Source: Salpingoeca rosetta (taxonomy: Eukaryota; Protista; Choanoflagellata). From it: DNA of 64,000 nt. Shown here one piece after another: positions 1 to 14,254 of this stretch; position 1 is the stretch's first letter, and every line of letters begins with the position of its first letter. A program made the translations under genes and the position numbers. The notes below the pieces were generated by a model. It did no database searches, was not told the DNA's origin, and worked only from the letters and a program-made list of their open reading frames with translations. The stretch lies in assembly GCA_033442325.1 (NCBI GenBank), contig JAWQFM010000001.1:1312337-1376336 (forward strand), in the 5' to 3' direction.

Positions 1-304
1 ATCACCTGCACAAGCAATACCGAAACCCAAGCATCTACGAAAAGCTCATCCAGCGCATGAACATTGACGAATTCGGTCAGGGAATTGTGTGTGAGTGAGA
101 GTGTTGGGTGAGTATGTGTATGTGAGTGTGTATGTGAGTGAGTGAGTGAGCGTGTGAGTGCTTGTGCAGGCTTTGGTTTTGTGAGCTAGTGTCCTCATTT
201 GTTCAGTATGCTTGTGATGTTGAATGGAACAACAGGCACCAACCTGGATCCAAGCGTCTACAATCCACACAAGTGGTCCGAGCGCGAATACGCGAACAAA
301 CTTG
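1..304 (+). CDS. SAP30BP: SAP30-binding protein / HCNGP family, internal exons (gene starts before the window; final exon(s) unresolved, before ~600)
   Basis: Exons ~1-75 (HLHKQYRNPSIYEKLIQRMNIDEF) and 236-304 (GTNLDPSVYNPHKWSEREYANKL) join through a phase-1 GT-AG intron. They match the HCNGP signature (F)RNPSIYEKLI..IDE.GTN....(F/Y).PH.W. Confidence 0.85.
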
Positions 305-406
305 GTGAGGGGCTTTCACAACTATCCCACGCCTATGGGGGCCATAGACAGGCAATGCCAACAGAATCACATGCCAAGAAAGAGAATCACAGTGGTCATG
401 TGTCAC

Positions 407-475
<69 letters not shown>

Positions 476-595
476 CACAACACACACAGCACACCATGGC
501 AGCATGCGCCGTGCACGTGTGTCGGTTTGAGTAATGGCGAAACAAGCGAGCAAAGGAAAAGGGGACAAGGCACATCGGTGGTGGTGGTGTCGGTG

Positions 596-3089
<2,494 letters not shown>

Positions 3090-3206
3090 CTTCGTTGTCG
3101 TTCGTTGTCGTTGAGTGTGAAATGTGTGCGTGGTTTATTTTTGGCAACGACACGAGCTGGATTGGATGGCTGTTGTTGTTGTTGTTGATGTTGTTGTCGT
3201 TGATGA

Positions 3207-3238
<32 letters not shown>

Positions 3239-3650
3239 GTGGTGGTGGTGATGGCTTGAGGGAGGGCCGGGAAGGAAGGCGAGCAAGGCAGAGTAGATTG
3301 CTGGGTTTAAAATGCAGATACGAACAATGCAGCCACAGGAAAGAGAGGGAAGAAGCAACAAGCGTACGGGCGGCTGGACAAACCCATTTATCCATGAGCG
3401 TGCATGCATGCCTGCCTGGCTGGAATGAAACGAGCAAGCAACAGGGAGCGAGCCAACAACCAGAGGCGTGCCTGCCGGCAAACGAAAGAGCTACAGGGAC
3501 AGCAACAGTGGAAGGGCAAGAACAAGCACAAGAAGAAGCCCAAGCGGGACAATAGGAAGAAGAAGGAAGCTGCGAGGACCCGACTAGCAATTATGGAGGA
3601 GGAGAAGAAGAAGTAGTCAGCGAAACGGAAACGGAGAGCGAGGTACAGAA

Positions 3651-3697
<47 letters not shown>

Positions 3698-3826
3698 ACG
3701 CACAAGAAGGCGCACGATGCGGTGCGTTTGAGTGAGCAAAGCATCAGGGGACACAGCAGTGCCATGGACACAGAAAGAAGGAAGAACCATTCAAAGCACC
3801 CCACTTCAACCCACAACTGAACGTAC

Positions 3827-4060
3827 TCTGCAACGACGATGAGCCAAACGCTTTGCCGAGCCTGCGACGATCAGAGCACTGGCGCACCTGTCTGTATGTG
3901 TCTGTTGTGGCGTGGGCAAACATTGTTGACGCACGCAAACACCCGGGGAGGGGAAAGGGGTCGCGTTGGTTATTGGAGGTGACGGGTGGGTTGGTGTCAG
4001 CACACAGGCGAACAAAAGCCCCACGCACACGAGCACAGATACATACATGCTCACAGAGAT

Positions 4061-4096
<36 letters not shown>

Positions 4097-4694
4097 CCAC
4101 GCACATGAATTGCTCTTCCCTGCCCCACTCAACGTCAAAGCGATTTGACGCACATGTGTCGATGGTTGAGTCTGGAATCTCGTGCTTGAGCAGGGTGATG
4201 ACGACGTGGTCGTGTGCGCCCTGGAAGAGCGTCTCCGCCTCAAATGCCACAACCTTGTGCTTCTTCGCAGTGCGCAGCGTGCCTGTCAGTGCCTCAAACT
4301 CATTCTGTGTTTCTTGGAAGAGCTGGCCAAAGCTGACTTCAAGCTGGTCCGGGGCACCGTTGGGCTTCCCATACTTCTCAATGGCCGCAATCAGCTTGCG
4401 AATCTGTGGGGGTAAATATACACACGCACACGAGTACAAGCAGTACATGTGTAAGCGGACAGAAGCTCGCAAGAGCGGGATATGCGTAAAACAAACACGA
4501 GCTCCATGTTACAGTCACAACCCCCCCCCCCACACAGAGAAAACACAGTTAGATTCATGACCTCCTTGTCGATCCAGCGGGCAGCCTGCTGCGCACGCTT
4601 CTCGCTGAGTTCGCCCTTGCGGACAGACGTGCTGAGCCGTCGACGGTTGATGCGCGCATCGTCGGGAACATCGGGCCCAGAAGCCGCTGCGTAC

Positions 4695-4746
<52 letters not shown>

Positions 4747-5156
4747 TGAAGACAGGGTGGGGTGGGGAAGTGGTTAGCAAGCGTGTGTGGTAGTGTGCAC
4801 TGCATGTAGTCGTGTGAAGTCGTGTGAACAGAGGTGTGTGGCGACATGTATGGTGGAATACAGCCGTGATGGCGTGCGCGTGCGTCTAATGACAGCCATG
4901 CTCATCACCGTCGGCGCAATGGTTCCAAGCACGATGACAGGCTTCACGCTTGATCTCACACGCAGCGCGGAACAAACACATTGTGTGCGTTGTGCGTACG
5001 TTTTGCTGGCGCTGGGGCCTTTCCGCGGCGGCTCAGGCGTACTTGCTCCTTGTGGTACAGCCCAGCCATGCTGCAAAGACGCACAAGAATATGCACACGC
5101 ACACACGCACAAAAGCCCGTGAGCGAAGGGCAAGCAGACCACCCACCTGCTTGTAC

Positions 5157-5207
<51 letters not shown>

Positions 5208-8200
5208 CCCACACAGAACAAACGCACGGCACAAGCGTGCGACACAAAGCGCAGCTAATGCGTGCAGTGTTCCACTCTACCTTGCGAGCACATCCACAAC
5301 CGCGTCCTCATCTCCATCGCTCTTTTCACCGCTGCCGCCGCTGTTGCTGTTGTCGCTTGCAGCCGGATCGGGAGGGTTCAGCTGCGAGCGTGATCCCGCT
5401 GCGCTGCCTGGCTCCGACCGCGAGCCGCTCCCTGTTTGTTTTGGCAGAACCCTTCCGCGGTGCAGCAGCGTCGACGAGCTTGCGCCTCTCCGCTGCCAAC
5501 TGCGGCCACCAGCATCCGTGGCGGCACTGCTGTTCGGGTTGGATGACGTGGAAGACGTCGCGTTGGTGCTGATACCGCTGTTCCCGCTGCTGTTGCCCGG
5601 CTGCTTGTCAGCGATGCGGGCGTCGCGCTTTGCGCGTGCGGAGGCTGCGAGCTGCTTGAGGTTGATGGAGTTGGAGCGGTTCATTGTACTGCGACGGATG
5701 GACGACTTGAGCGTCGCCGTCAGCTTGCGCCGCGTGCTCGCCTCCCGCACTTGCTGGTACGTGTCTGCACATGGAGATGCACGTCGTTTGTTGTTCAGTG
5801 GTACAGGTGAGAATGGTTTGGTGTTGGAAGAAGGGAGGACACATTGGTCGCAGAATTGGTGTTTGCGTACAAACCATGCAAGAGCACATCCTCACACACA
5901 CACACACACACACACACAGACAGACACAGACAGACACAGACACATACACGCACAGACAGACAGACGGACAGACAGACAGACAGACAGACGGACAGACAGA
6001 CAGACACACTCACACCCCCCACACCCACACCCACACCCACACGTACGCACACATGCGCAGCGCCACGTACATGTGTCGAGGTTTGAGTCCTGGAGGCCGT
6101 CGCGAAGCAAGGTGATGGTGACACCATCATGCAGGCCCTTGAGCAGCATCTCTGCCCCATACGACACAATTTGCTGCTTCTTGGCCGTCCGAAGGGTTCC
6201 AGACAGGTTCTGCCACGGGTTGCAGGTGCACGCAAACGTATTGTTTTGTTTTGTGTGTGTGTGTGTGTACGTGTGTACGTGTGAGTGTTTGTACGTGTAG
6301 GAGAACAAACTTGCGTGTGCAGACGCGTTTGAGTGAGTGCAATGCATATGAAGTTGGGTTGATGGCCAGCATGACGTGGCTGTTTGCTCTGCGCGCGCGC
6401 GCACACACACACACACACAGACATCTCTGCCATAAAATCGCATTGTCAGACACGTTCAGTCAACACGTGCATGGCCAAGCAGCCAAACAGTCGCCATCGC
6501 ATGCCACACCTCGAGGTTGTTTGATGTCTCAAACAGCTTTCCAAAGGTGATGGTCGGCTTGCCCGCCTTGTCCGTCTGTCCATGGCTCTTGATGTTCTGG
6601 ATCAGCTTGCGTATCTGGTCATCCACAAAGCGCGTGGCTGCGAGGGCGCGGCGTGGGTTCAACTCACCGCGTCGCACAGACACAGACAGCTTCCGCTGCA
6701 GCACTGGCGCCGTGTCCGGGATGCTGAACGACTGGTCCACGATTGTAGTCGTGCCGGCCTCGTTCTTCGGTTGCGTGTCGTCATCAGCAGACGTCGTGGT
6801 GATGGTTGGTGCCGATGTGGGGTTGCTGTTCTTCGCTGCCTTCGTCTTTGCAGCCGCATTGCGCGCAGCCTGCTGCATTGCCGCCTTTTGTTTCATGGTG
6901 TCGCGTCGGTTGATGGCCGTCATGCTTGCAAGCACGTCAATCACGGCTTCCTCGTCCGCTTGCACATCACGCGCGGTCAGCTGGCGGTGCGCCTTCACCT
7001 TCACGGCCTGCGCTTTCGCTTTCGCCTCTGCAATCCTCTTCTGGGCCGACGTCTGCGCTGGAGACAGGGCTGACCCTGCCGTTGCTCTCGGCGTTGCTGG
7101 TGCAGCTGGTTTGGCTGTTGTCATTGCGACAGGGGATGCCGCACGTCGTGCAGGGTTGCTGCTGTTGCTGTGGCCCCCTGCAGTTGCAGTTGTTGTTGCT
7201 TCTTCTGCTGTTGTTGGGGGTGATGGCGTGTTCATTGGCGCAGGCGTCACCACCCTGTTTGTTGTCACCGTCGCACCACGCTGCTGTTGCTGCGGAGTGG
7301 CCGGGTGCGCGCTGCTTGCTGTCATGGATGTCGTCGGTGCTGCTGTTGCTGCTGCTGCTGCCTTCGTTGCCGCGCGTGCAGCTGCGTGTTCCGCCATCAC
7401 CTGGGCCTCCACCTCAGCCCGGATGGTCGCACGAAGGCTTGCCGACAGCTCGTCCTTGAGCGCCTGTCGCTCCTTGTCATGCTTGGCCCTCATCTCCTCC
7501 ATCTCCGTCTCGACGCGGTGGCGGGCGCGCTGCTCCGCAACAAGCTGCTGCTCAAGCGTGTCCACCTTCTGCTGGGCGGCCGTCGTTGTGTCCTTGGCCC
7601 TTGTCAGCGACGCGGCGTGCTTCTCCGCCTGCTTGTCCTGCTGGTGCGCAATGCGGTCAAGTACAGCCGCGTGCTCCTTGCGTGCGCGTGCAAGCTCCTC
7701 GCCAAGCCGTTTGCACTCGTCTTTGGCGGCTGCCGTCTCCTTGCGCGCGGCTGCCAGCTGCTGCTCCAGCGCCGCCTTTGTGGACGCGAGCGACGACTCG
7801 GCCAGGCGCAGCGAAAACTGCAGCGATTCAACGTCTTGCATCAGCGCGGCCACCTGCAAAGCAAGCAGGTATGCATGCAGGCAAGCAGGCAAGCGTGGGG
7901 GTAGTTGCAATGAGCATTTTCGCAGTTGAAAGCGCCGATGCGCTGATGTGGCAGCGCGGAATATGCTCAACCTCAAACTTCAAATCACAGCTCGAGGGGT
8001 CGTTGGCGAGGCGCAGGAGCAGCCAAAACTAAACCAGAAGCCAAAACAGAGAGGGTCAAGGGCAGGCGACATCCGCCATCACTTCACTGCACATGACTCT
8101 GCGTGCGCACCTGCTCTGATTCATCGGGAAGATCAAAGTCGAGGGGAACACCAGACGCAATGAAGCGCTTTCCTTCAAACAGCGAACTGCCGTTGCCGTC

Positions 8201-8650
8201 ACCATCATCATCATCATCCTGGTCATCATCATCATCATCCTGGTCATCGGGCGCCTCCGCATCAAGAAGATCCAAGCGGGCGAGCAGGTCGCGCTTCTCG
8301 CCTAGCGATCGGGTGTGGTGGTGGCAGTGGTGGCAGTGGTGGTGACGATGGTGATGTGACAGTGAGGCGGAGATTGTGAGACCGAAGGTAATCAAACACA
8401 CAGACACAGTCACACACACACACCTGCTTCGTGAGCGTGTTCTTCGGTAAGTGGCTGGAGGGAAACGGCGGCGGCAGTTGGGGGCGAGTCGTTGCGCTGA
8501 CGCACAGACGACATGCGGATGTGGTCGTACGTGTCTGCACACAGCAACAACCACACGCGTTACATGACAGTGGTTGTGTCATGGCGTGCGTGCACACGTT
8601 TGAATCGGTGGTGCGTGTATGAGCGAATGACATGCTGTGTGTGTGTGTGT

Positions 8651-8729
<79 letters not shown>

Positions 8730-10682
8730 TGCGTGCGGACAGCGCCAGGCAGGAAGAGCAAAGGCACGGTTGCAGCAACACAAGAATCGCAGCTGTGATG
8801 ATGGCCAGTACGGGTTGCATCTCACATGTGTCCTCGTCTGCGTCATCCACGTCGTTCACGAGGAGGGTGATGGACAGCGAGTCGTGGTCTGGCCGCTGCA
8901 GCTCCACCGCCGGCAGCGCAACAATCCCGCGGTCCCGCGCAGTGTGCAGCAGCCCAAGCAATTGCTGTGGTGCGTGTGTGTGTGTGTGCGTGCGTGTGTG
9001 TGTGCGTGTGTGCGTGTGCGTGCGTGTGAGTGTGTGTATGTGTGTGAGTGAGTGTGTATGTGTGTGTGAGTGAGTGTGTATGTCTATCTGTCTCACTGAC
9101 TGACTGCCTGCCTGTATGTCTGTCTGTATGTGAGTGATGAGCCTTGAGGCGCAGATGCGAGCGTCAAGTGGCTTGCAAGGGTCAATCCGAAGCCGGTTCA
9201 TGTCGGCTGCGTCACCTCTTCGCCAAACATGCCACTCGTCTCGTCAGCAAGGCGCTTCAGTTGGATCTATCAAGAGAAACCAGAGCGGGGAAAGGGGGGG
9301 GGGGAGGGATGGAGGGTTTGAGAACGGCATGCGCGAATCATGGTGGTGGTGGTGATGATGATGATGATGGTGGTGGTAGTGATTGTGATGATGGTGATGA
9401 TGATGGTGATGATGATGATGGTGGTGATGGTGATGTGGTGGCATGGAGATTGCCGTGTTGTGTGCAGGCAGGGGCATGAGGGGTTGGTGCATCGCACCTT
9501 CCAAGTGCGTTTGTTGACGTCTGGTGCGCCAGACTCTTGGATGCACATGGCTAGGCGGCGGAGCTGCGATGGATGGAACGCATTGAATCGGTTGATGAGG
9601 GAGAGTATATGAAAGGCGAGGCAACACAGGCACGTAACAGCACACAACGGTAGTCGCAGATGAATCGAGGTGACGTGCGGTGCCAACGCATAAACATACA
9701 GCCAGACAGACAAACAAACACACAAACAAGCACACAGACCCACAAACCCACAAACAAACAAACCAACCCACAAACAAACAAACAAACAAACAAACAAACA
9801 AACAAACAAACAAACAAACAAGCACACCCCCCCCCCCACACACACACGCACACAAACCCACAAACAAACACATACGGAGCGTATCATGTCGCAGCACCTG
9901 CTTGTCGACGTATGCGGCCGCCTGCAGCGCTCGGTTCGGGTTCAGCTCGCCGCGGCGAATGCTCACACTCAACTTCCGCTGGAACAGATGTGCGTGCGTT
10001 GGCTTGCGTGTGTGCGCGAGGACGTCAAACGTGTGCACAGCGCGACCAGCAGCATCATCGCTGTTGCCATTGCCAGCGTCGGTGTCGTTGTCGTCGTCGT
10101 CATCATTGGCCTCCGTGTGGATGACTGTTGCCAGGGAAGCAAGCACGTCCTCAATCGCATCCGTCTCCTCGTCTGCAAACGGAATGACAGCAGCGTGTGC
10201 ATGGGTGTGCACATGTGTGAGTGTGAATGAGCGTACGTGTCACTGCGCACAACTTTTGAACACATGTGGTTCAATAGGTTGTGCATGTACATGTGATTGT
10301 GAGATCGTGTGATTGTGTGATTGTGAGTGCGCATGTGTCGTTCGGCTTCACTCAATTATGCGCAGCATGTCCCAGAACACACACACACACACACACACAC
10401 ACATGCGCGCACGTGTGTACCTGTTGGGTCACCCGCCTGCAGCAGTTCGCGAGAGAACGTGCCGCTGCGCCCTGTTGTTCCCAGCGACGTGGACACGGCA
10501 TTCACAAGCCGGCTCCCTGGTGCCACAAGCGCAGGACAGCGTGTGTTGGCGATTGAGCATGGATGTATTACATGCACACAAACACACAAAACAACACACA
10601 AGGCAGATCACCGTGAGCAGCAGAGATGGACACGTGGTCACGCGCACAACAGCATGCACACCCTCACTCAGCCACAAGCTGC

Positions 10683-10767
<85 letters not shown>

Positions 10768-11995
10768 GCACACCTCGCGTGTTTGACAGCTTGCGGGCAC
10801 GCAGGGCCGTGGCGCGGGCCGTGGAGAGCGACGATCGCGTCTGACGCAACGGAACACCGCCGCTGTCACCGTGTGCCGCTGTTGAGGATGCTGATGATGT
10901 GGCAGAGGTGACGTTTGCCAGTCTGGTTTTGCTGGCGCGGCGGGTGGAGCCTTTGGACGACTTGCGGAAGGAGCATGCACGCACCAGGCCAAACGTGTCT
11001 GCATTGTGGTGTGAATATGCGCGTGCGCGTGTTTTGTGTTGTGTGTCGTGCCAGTGAATGAGTGCAAGTGCTGGGAACAAACGACGGCGCAGAGGTTAGT
11101 GGCAACAGGTTCAAGCAGCAGCAGCAGCAGCAAAGGGACGCACATGTGTCTGGACTGGAGTCATCAATGTCTTCACGGATGCCGATGATGTCCACGGAAT
11201 CGCTGGCGCCCTGAATGAGTCGGTCGCCGGCAAAATCAACAGCGCCCTTCACCTTTGCCGCCTTCAGGTGCCCAACAAGGGCCTGCCCGCCGTGTGTGTC
11301 AACGTCGTGGCAAGCATGTGGTGCATGTCACACAGCAGCATCAGAGTAGCATCAGAGCGGACATCGATTGCGCTGACAAGGTCATCAAGTCCAGGGCACA
11401 ACACACTCAAGCAAGGCGGCACACTGACACACGGACATGCACACAAGAAGGCACAAACATCGCGACCCAAGGCGAAGTTTAACGGGCTTCCATTTCGCGA
11501 AACGAAATAAACAGTGCACGCACCTGTCCCCAAAACACCCTGGACGCCTTGCGACGAAGACGGCCAAAGGAAATATGGCTGTGCCCTTCACCATCGATGG
11601 TGCCTTCGCGAAAGATGATCTTGAGCAGCTTGCGGATCTGTCACGTGCACATCATGTGCAGCACGCGTAAATCAGTGTATGACTTGGTCACGCTGCAAAC
11701 GAGCGCTGCCCCATCATAACGCACACAAACACACACACATCGTTGCAGCAATCCTTTGTGGCATAGCCCACGCTGTTGAACACACTCACCCCAACGTCCA
11801 TCCATCGCGTAGCACCAACGGCGCGCTGTGCGCTGAGTTCGCCTGCTTCCACAGAAGCACTGAGCTTGCGTCCAAGCACTGGGGCATCCTCCCGAATCTT
11901 TGCGGCTCGATCTTGCGGTGTCACTGCAGCCACAGAGAGAGAGACACACACAAACACACAGACACACAAACACACAGACACACATACACACAGAC

Positions 11996-12035
<40 letters not shown>

Positions 12036-12473
12036 ACACACGCACGCATACATACGCACACACACACAAGCGTGCACACACAAACATGCACACACAAACA
12101 TGCAGGTGAACAGTTTAACTTGTGAGTGAGGAAGCAAAGCGCTTTCGGGTTCTCACGTGTCGCCGACAATCGCGTGCCCTTGTGATTTCCTCTGCTACAC
12201 AACAAGGAACTCACCTGGTGCCTGTGGCGCGTGGATCTTTTGGCGTGGCGGCGTGGTCAGGCCCGCTTGGCCCTGTTTGGCACCGGGACCAGCGTCCTCG
12301 TCGTCATCTTCGTCGTCGTCCTCCTCCTCGTCATCATCATCGTCCTCATTGATGGCAACAAGGCTCACCAGCACGTCATCCACTGCGTCTTGCAGCTCCC
12401 CTTCTTCCTCATCCGTCTCCCACTCGCTCTCACTGCTCCTGGATGTTGTTGTCGTTGTCGTGTCATCCGCCAT
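3827..12473 (-). CDS. Large protein (at least 1,429 aa) with four tandem Costars/ABRACL-like domains and a central coiled coil; 3' end unresolved
   Basis: 19 phase-compatible GT-AG exons: 12473-12215, 11923-11790, 11637-11524, 11282-11144, 10998-10774, 10516-10421, 10172-9898, 9563-9498, 9266-9216, 8964-8826, 8534-8424, 8301-8111, 7853-6510, 6209-6071, 5764-5281, 5070-5000, 4686-4562, 4403-4154, 3901-3827 (4,288 nt). Unit 4 (EIRKLIAAIEKYG...VSFGQLF...FEALTGTLRTAKKHKVVAFEAETLFQGAHDHVVITLL) aligns by eye with the Costars consensus (V.FG.LF...FEALVGTLKAAK...V...GE.LLQG.HD.V.I.LL). Confidence 0.85.
8637..8727. repeat. (GT/CA)n microsatellite, representative of dozens of intronic dinucleotide tracts in the window
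   Basis: About 90 bp of near-perfect (GT)n. Similar tracts occur at 408-473, 2142-2250, 10688-10763, 17326-17455, 33107-33200, 35817-35972, 47708-47777, 49180-49267 and 57922-57989. Confidence 0.95.
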
Positions 12474-12627
12474 GGCGCAAGGAGCACAAACAAGCAAAGA
12501 AGAGCAGCACAAACAAACGAACGAAGAAGGTCTTCCTTCTTGCTTTTTCTTGGCTTGGCTTGATTGTTGGCGATTGGTGAATAATTTCTTTGAAATTTCG
12601 GCACCTTCGGCCGTTACACCAACGACG
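12474..12627. promoter_or_regulatory. Bidirectional promoter between the tetra-Costars gene and STIL (154 bp between ATGs)
   Basis: Divergent ATGs at 12473 (-) and 12628 (+). Contains ATTGG (12573-12577) and TTTGAAATTT (12589-12598). Confidence 0.65.
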
Positions 12628-12929
12628 ATGACAACACGGCGACCAGCGGGTTCACTGGCTGCGCCGGTATCGGGCATGCAGCGCAACTTCCCGCTGACCG
12701 TCTCCGTGCTCTGGTGAGCAAAGGGTGCATATGGGGTGACGGGCACGCGTGTAGTTGTGTGGATATTCTTCACGTTGGCTGTGGTTGCTTCATTTGCGGT
12801 GTCTGTCTTGGGGTGTCTTGTACCGTCCACCTATGGTGGCACGTGGAAATCTCAAGCCAGCATGTCGCCAGGACGTGACCCATGTAACTTTGTGACGCGT
12901 ATGTTCACACACACACACACACACATACA

Positions 12930-12973
<44 letters not shown>

Positions 12974-14216
12974 TGGAATGGTTTAGGTCGCGCATCCCGC
13001 AGGGTTCGCCAAGAGTTCTGAAGCTTGCATCACCCACCGTGAAGATCTCTGCAGCGACTGTGCAGGTGCTTGCACGTGAAGCCGAGTATGCCGCATCCTC
13101 GTTGGATCGTGCAGGTGACGCCCCATTTGAGGGCTTCATCGCCGGTGACCTGGACTTCAATGCCGCCGAGGCGTGCTTCGAATTCCACGCTTCTCGCTTC
13201 GATCCAGGCCGTCGCCTGAGCGACGGATCCCTCGTCCCAGCAGTCCCCGTCACTGGCCAGACCATGATCCGCGTGCATGTGAGTCGTGAGCTCAATGTTA
13301 ATGCGTGTGCAAGTGTGTGTGTGGTGTATGGGTGTGCGTTTGTGCAGGTTTGTGTTTGTGTTTGTGTTTGTGTTTGTGTTTGTGTGTGTGTGTGTGCTGG
13401 TTTGTCACTTCGTGTGTGTGCGTGGCAGCAGCAAGGCTTCGTGACTTGCACGCGACACCTTGTGCTGAAAGTACACACGCGTGTGTTGTGTCTCGCGCGT
13501 GGTATGCACCGCTTCTGGCTGCCTGCTGATCAACATGGAAGTTTTTCCTTTAGAGCTGACATACTGGTGGTACTGTGTTTGCTGTGCTGCTCCGTGCTGC
13601 TCTGTCATGCAGTCGAAACACCAGAGCCAGCGCGCTGTGTTCGCGCGTCTTTCATCGCAGTATGCCCAGCAGATGCAAGGCGCCACCACCGTCTCCAGCG
13701 CCCTGTGCCCGGCAATGGAAGTGGACGTGTCTGTGGTCAGCGACGGCGGCGCCTACGAGACAGCATCTGCACGCCTCACATGGCTTGCCATCACACCAGC
13801 TGCCAAGTTCAAGGTAAGGAGCACGTTTTGTTCAGCAACTGGGGCCTTTGTGGACTGTCGCCTCACTGCTGTCATCCTGGCTTGCGTGCTCGTTGTGTGC
13901 GTCCATTTCTGTTTCATCTCACCCTTGCATGCACCTCAGTGCTCTGGTGCTTTCAGTCTACGCAAGCATTGCCATGTTCTTCACCCTCACATGCATCGCC
14001 CTCCATCCCTCTTCCCCTGTGTGTGTATCGCTGCAGGCTGTGCCGATTCTCCCGCTGACGGTCGTGCGAACGGCGCTGTATCATCGCATGTCCATGCATC
14101 ATGACGCCTTGCAGGAGGTGAGCCAGAGCGTGAATGACGGCATGAATGACGCTGCCCTGCAAGACAACCATGAGAATTATGCACACACAAGTGTACACAC
14201 ACACATGAGCATAAGC

Positions 14217-14254
<38 letters not shown>

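Noticed and set aside
6517-7929. 470-aa + strand ORF
   Set aside because: Antisense shadow of the GC-rich 1.3-kb exon of the tetra-Costars gene.
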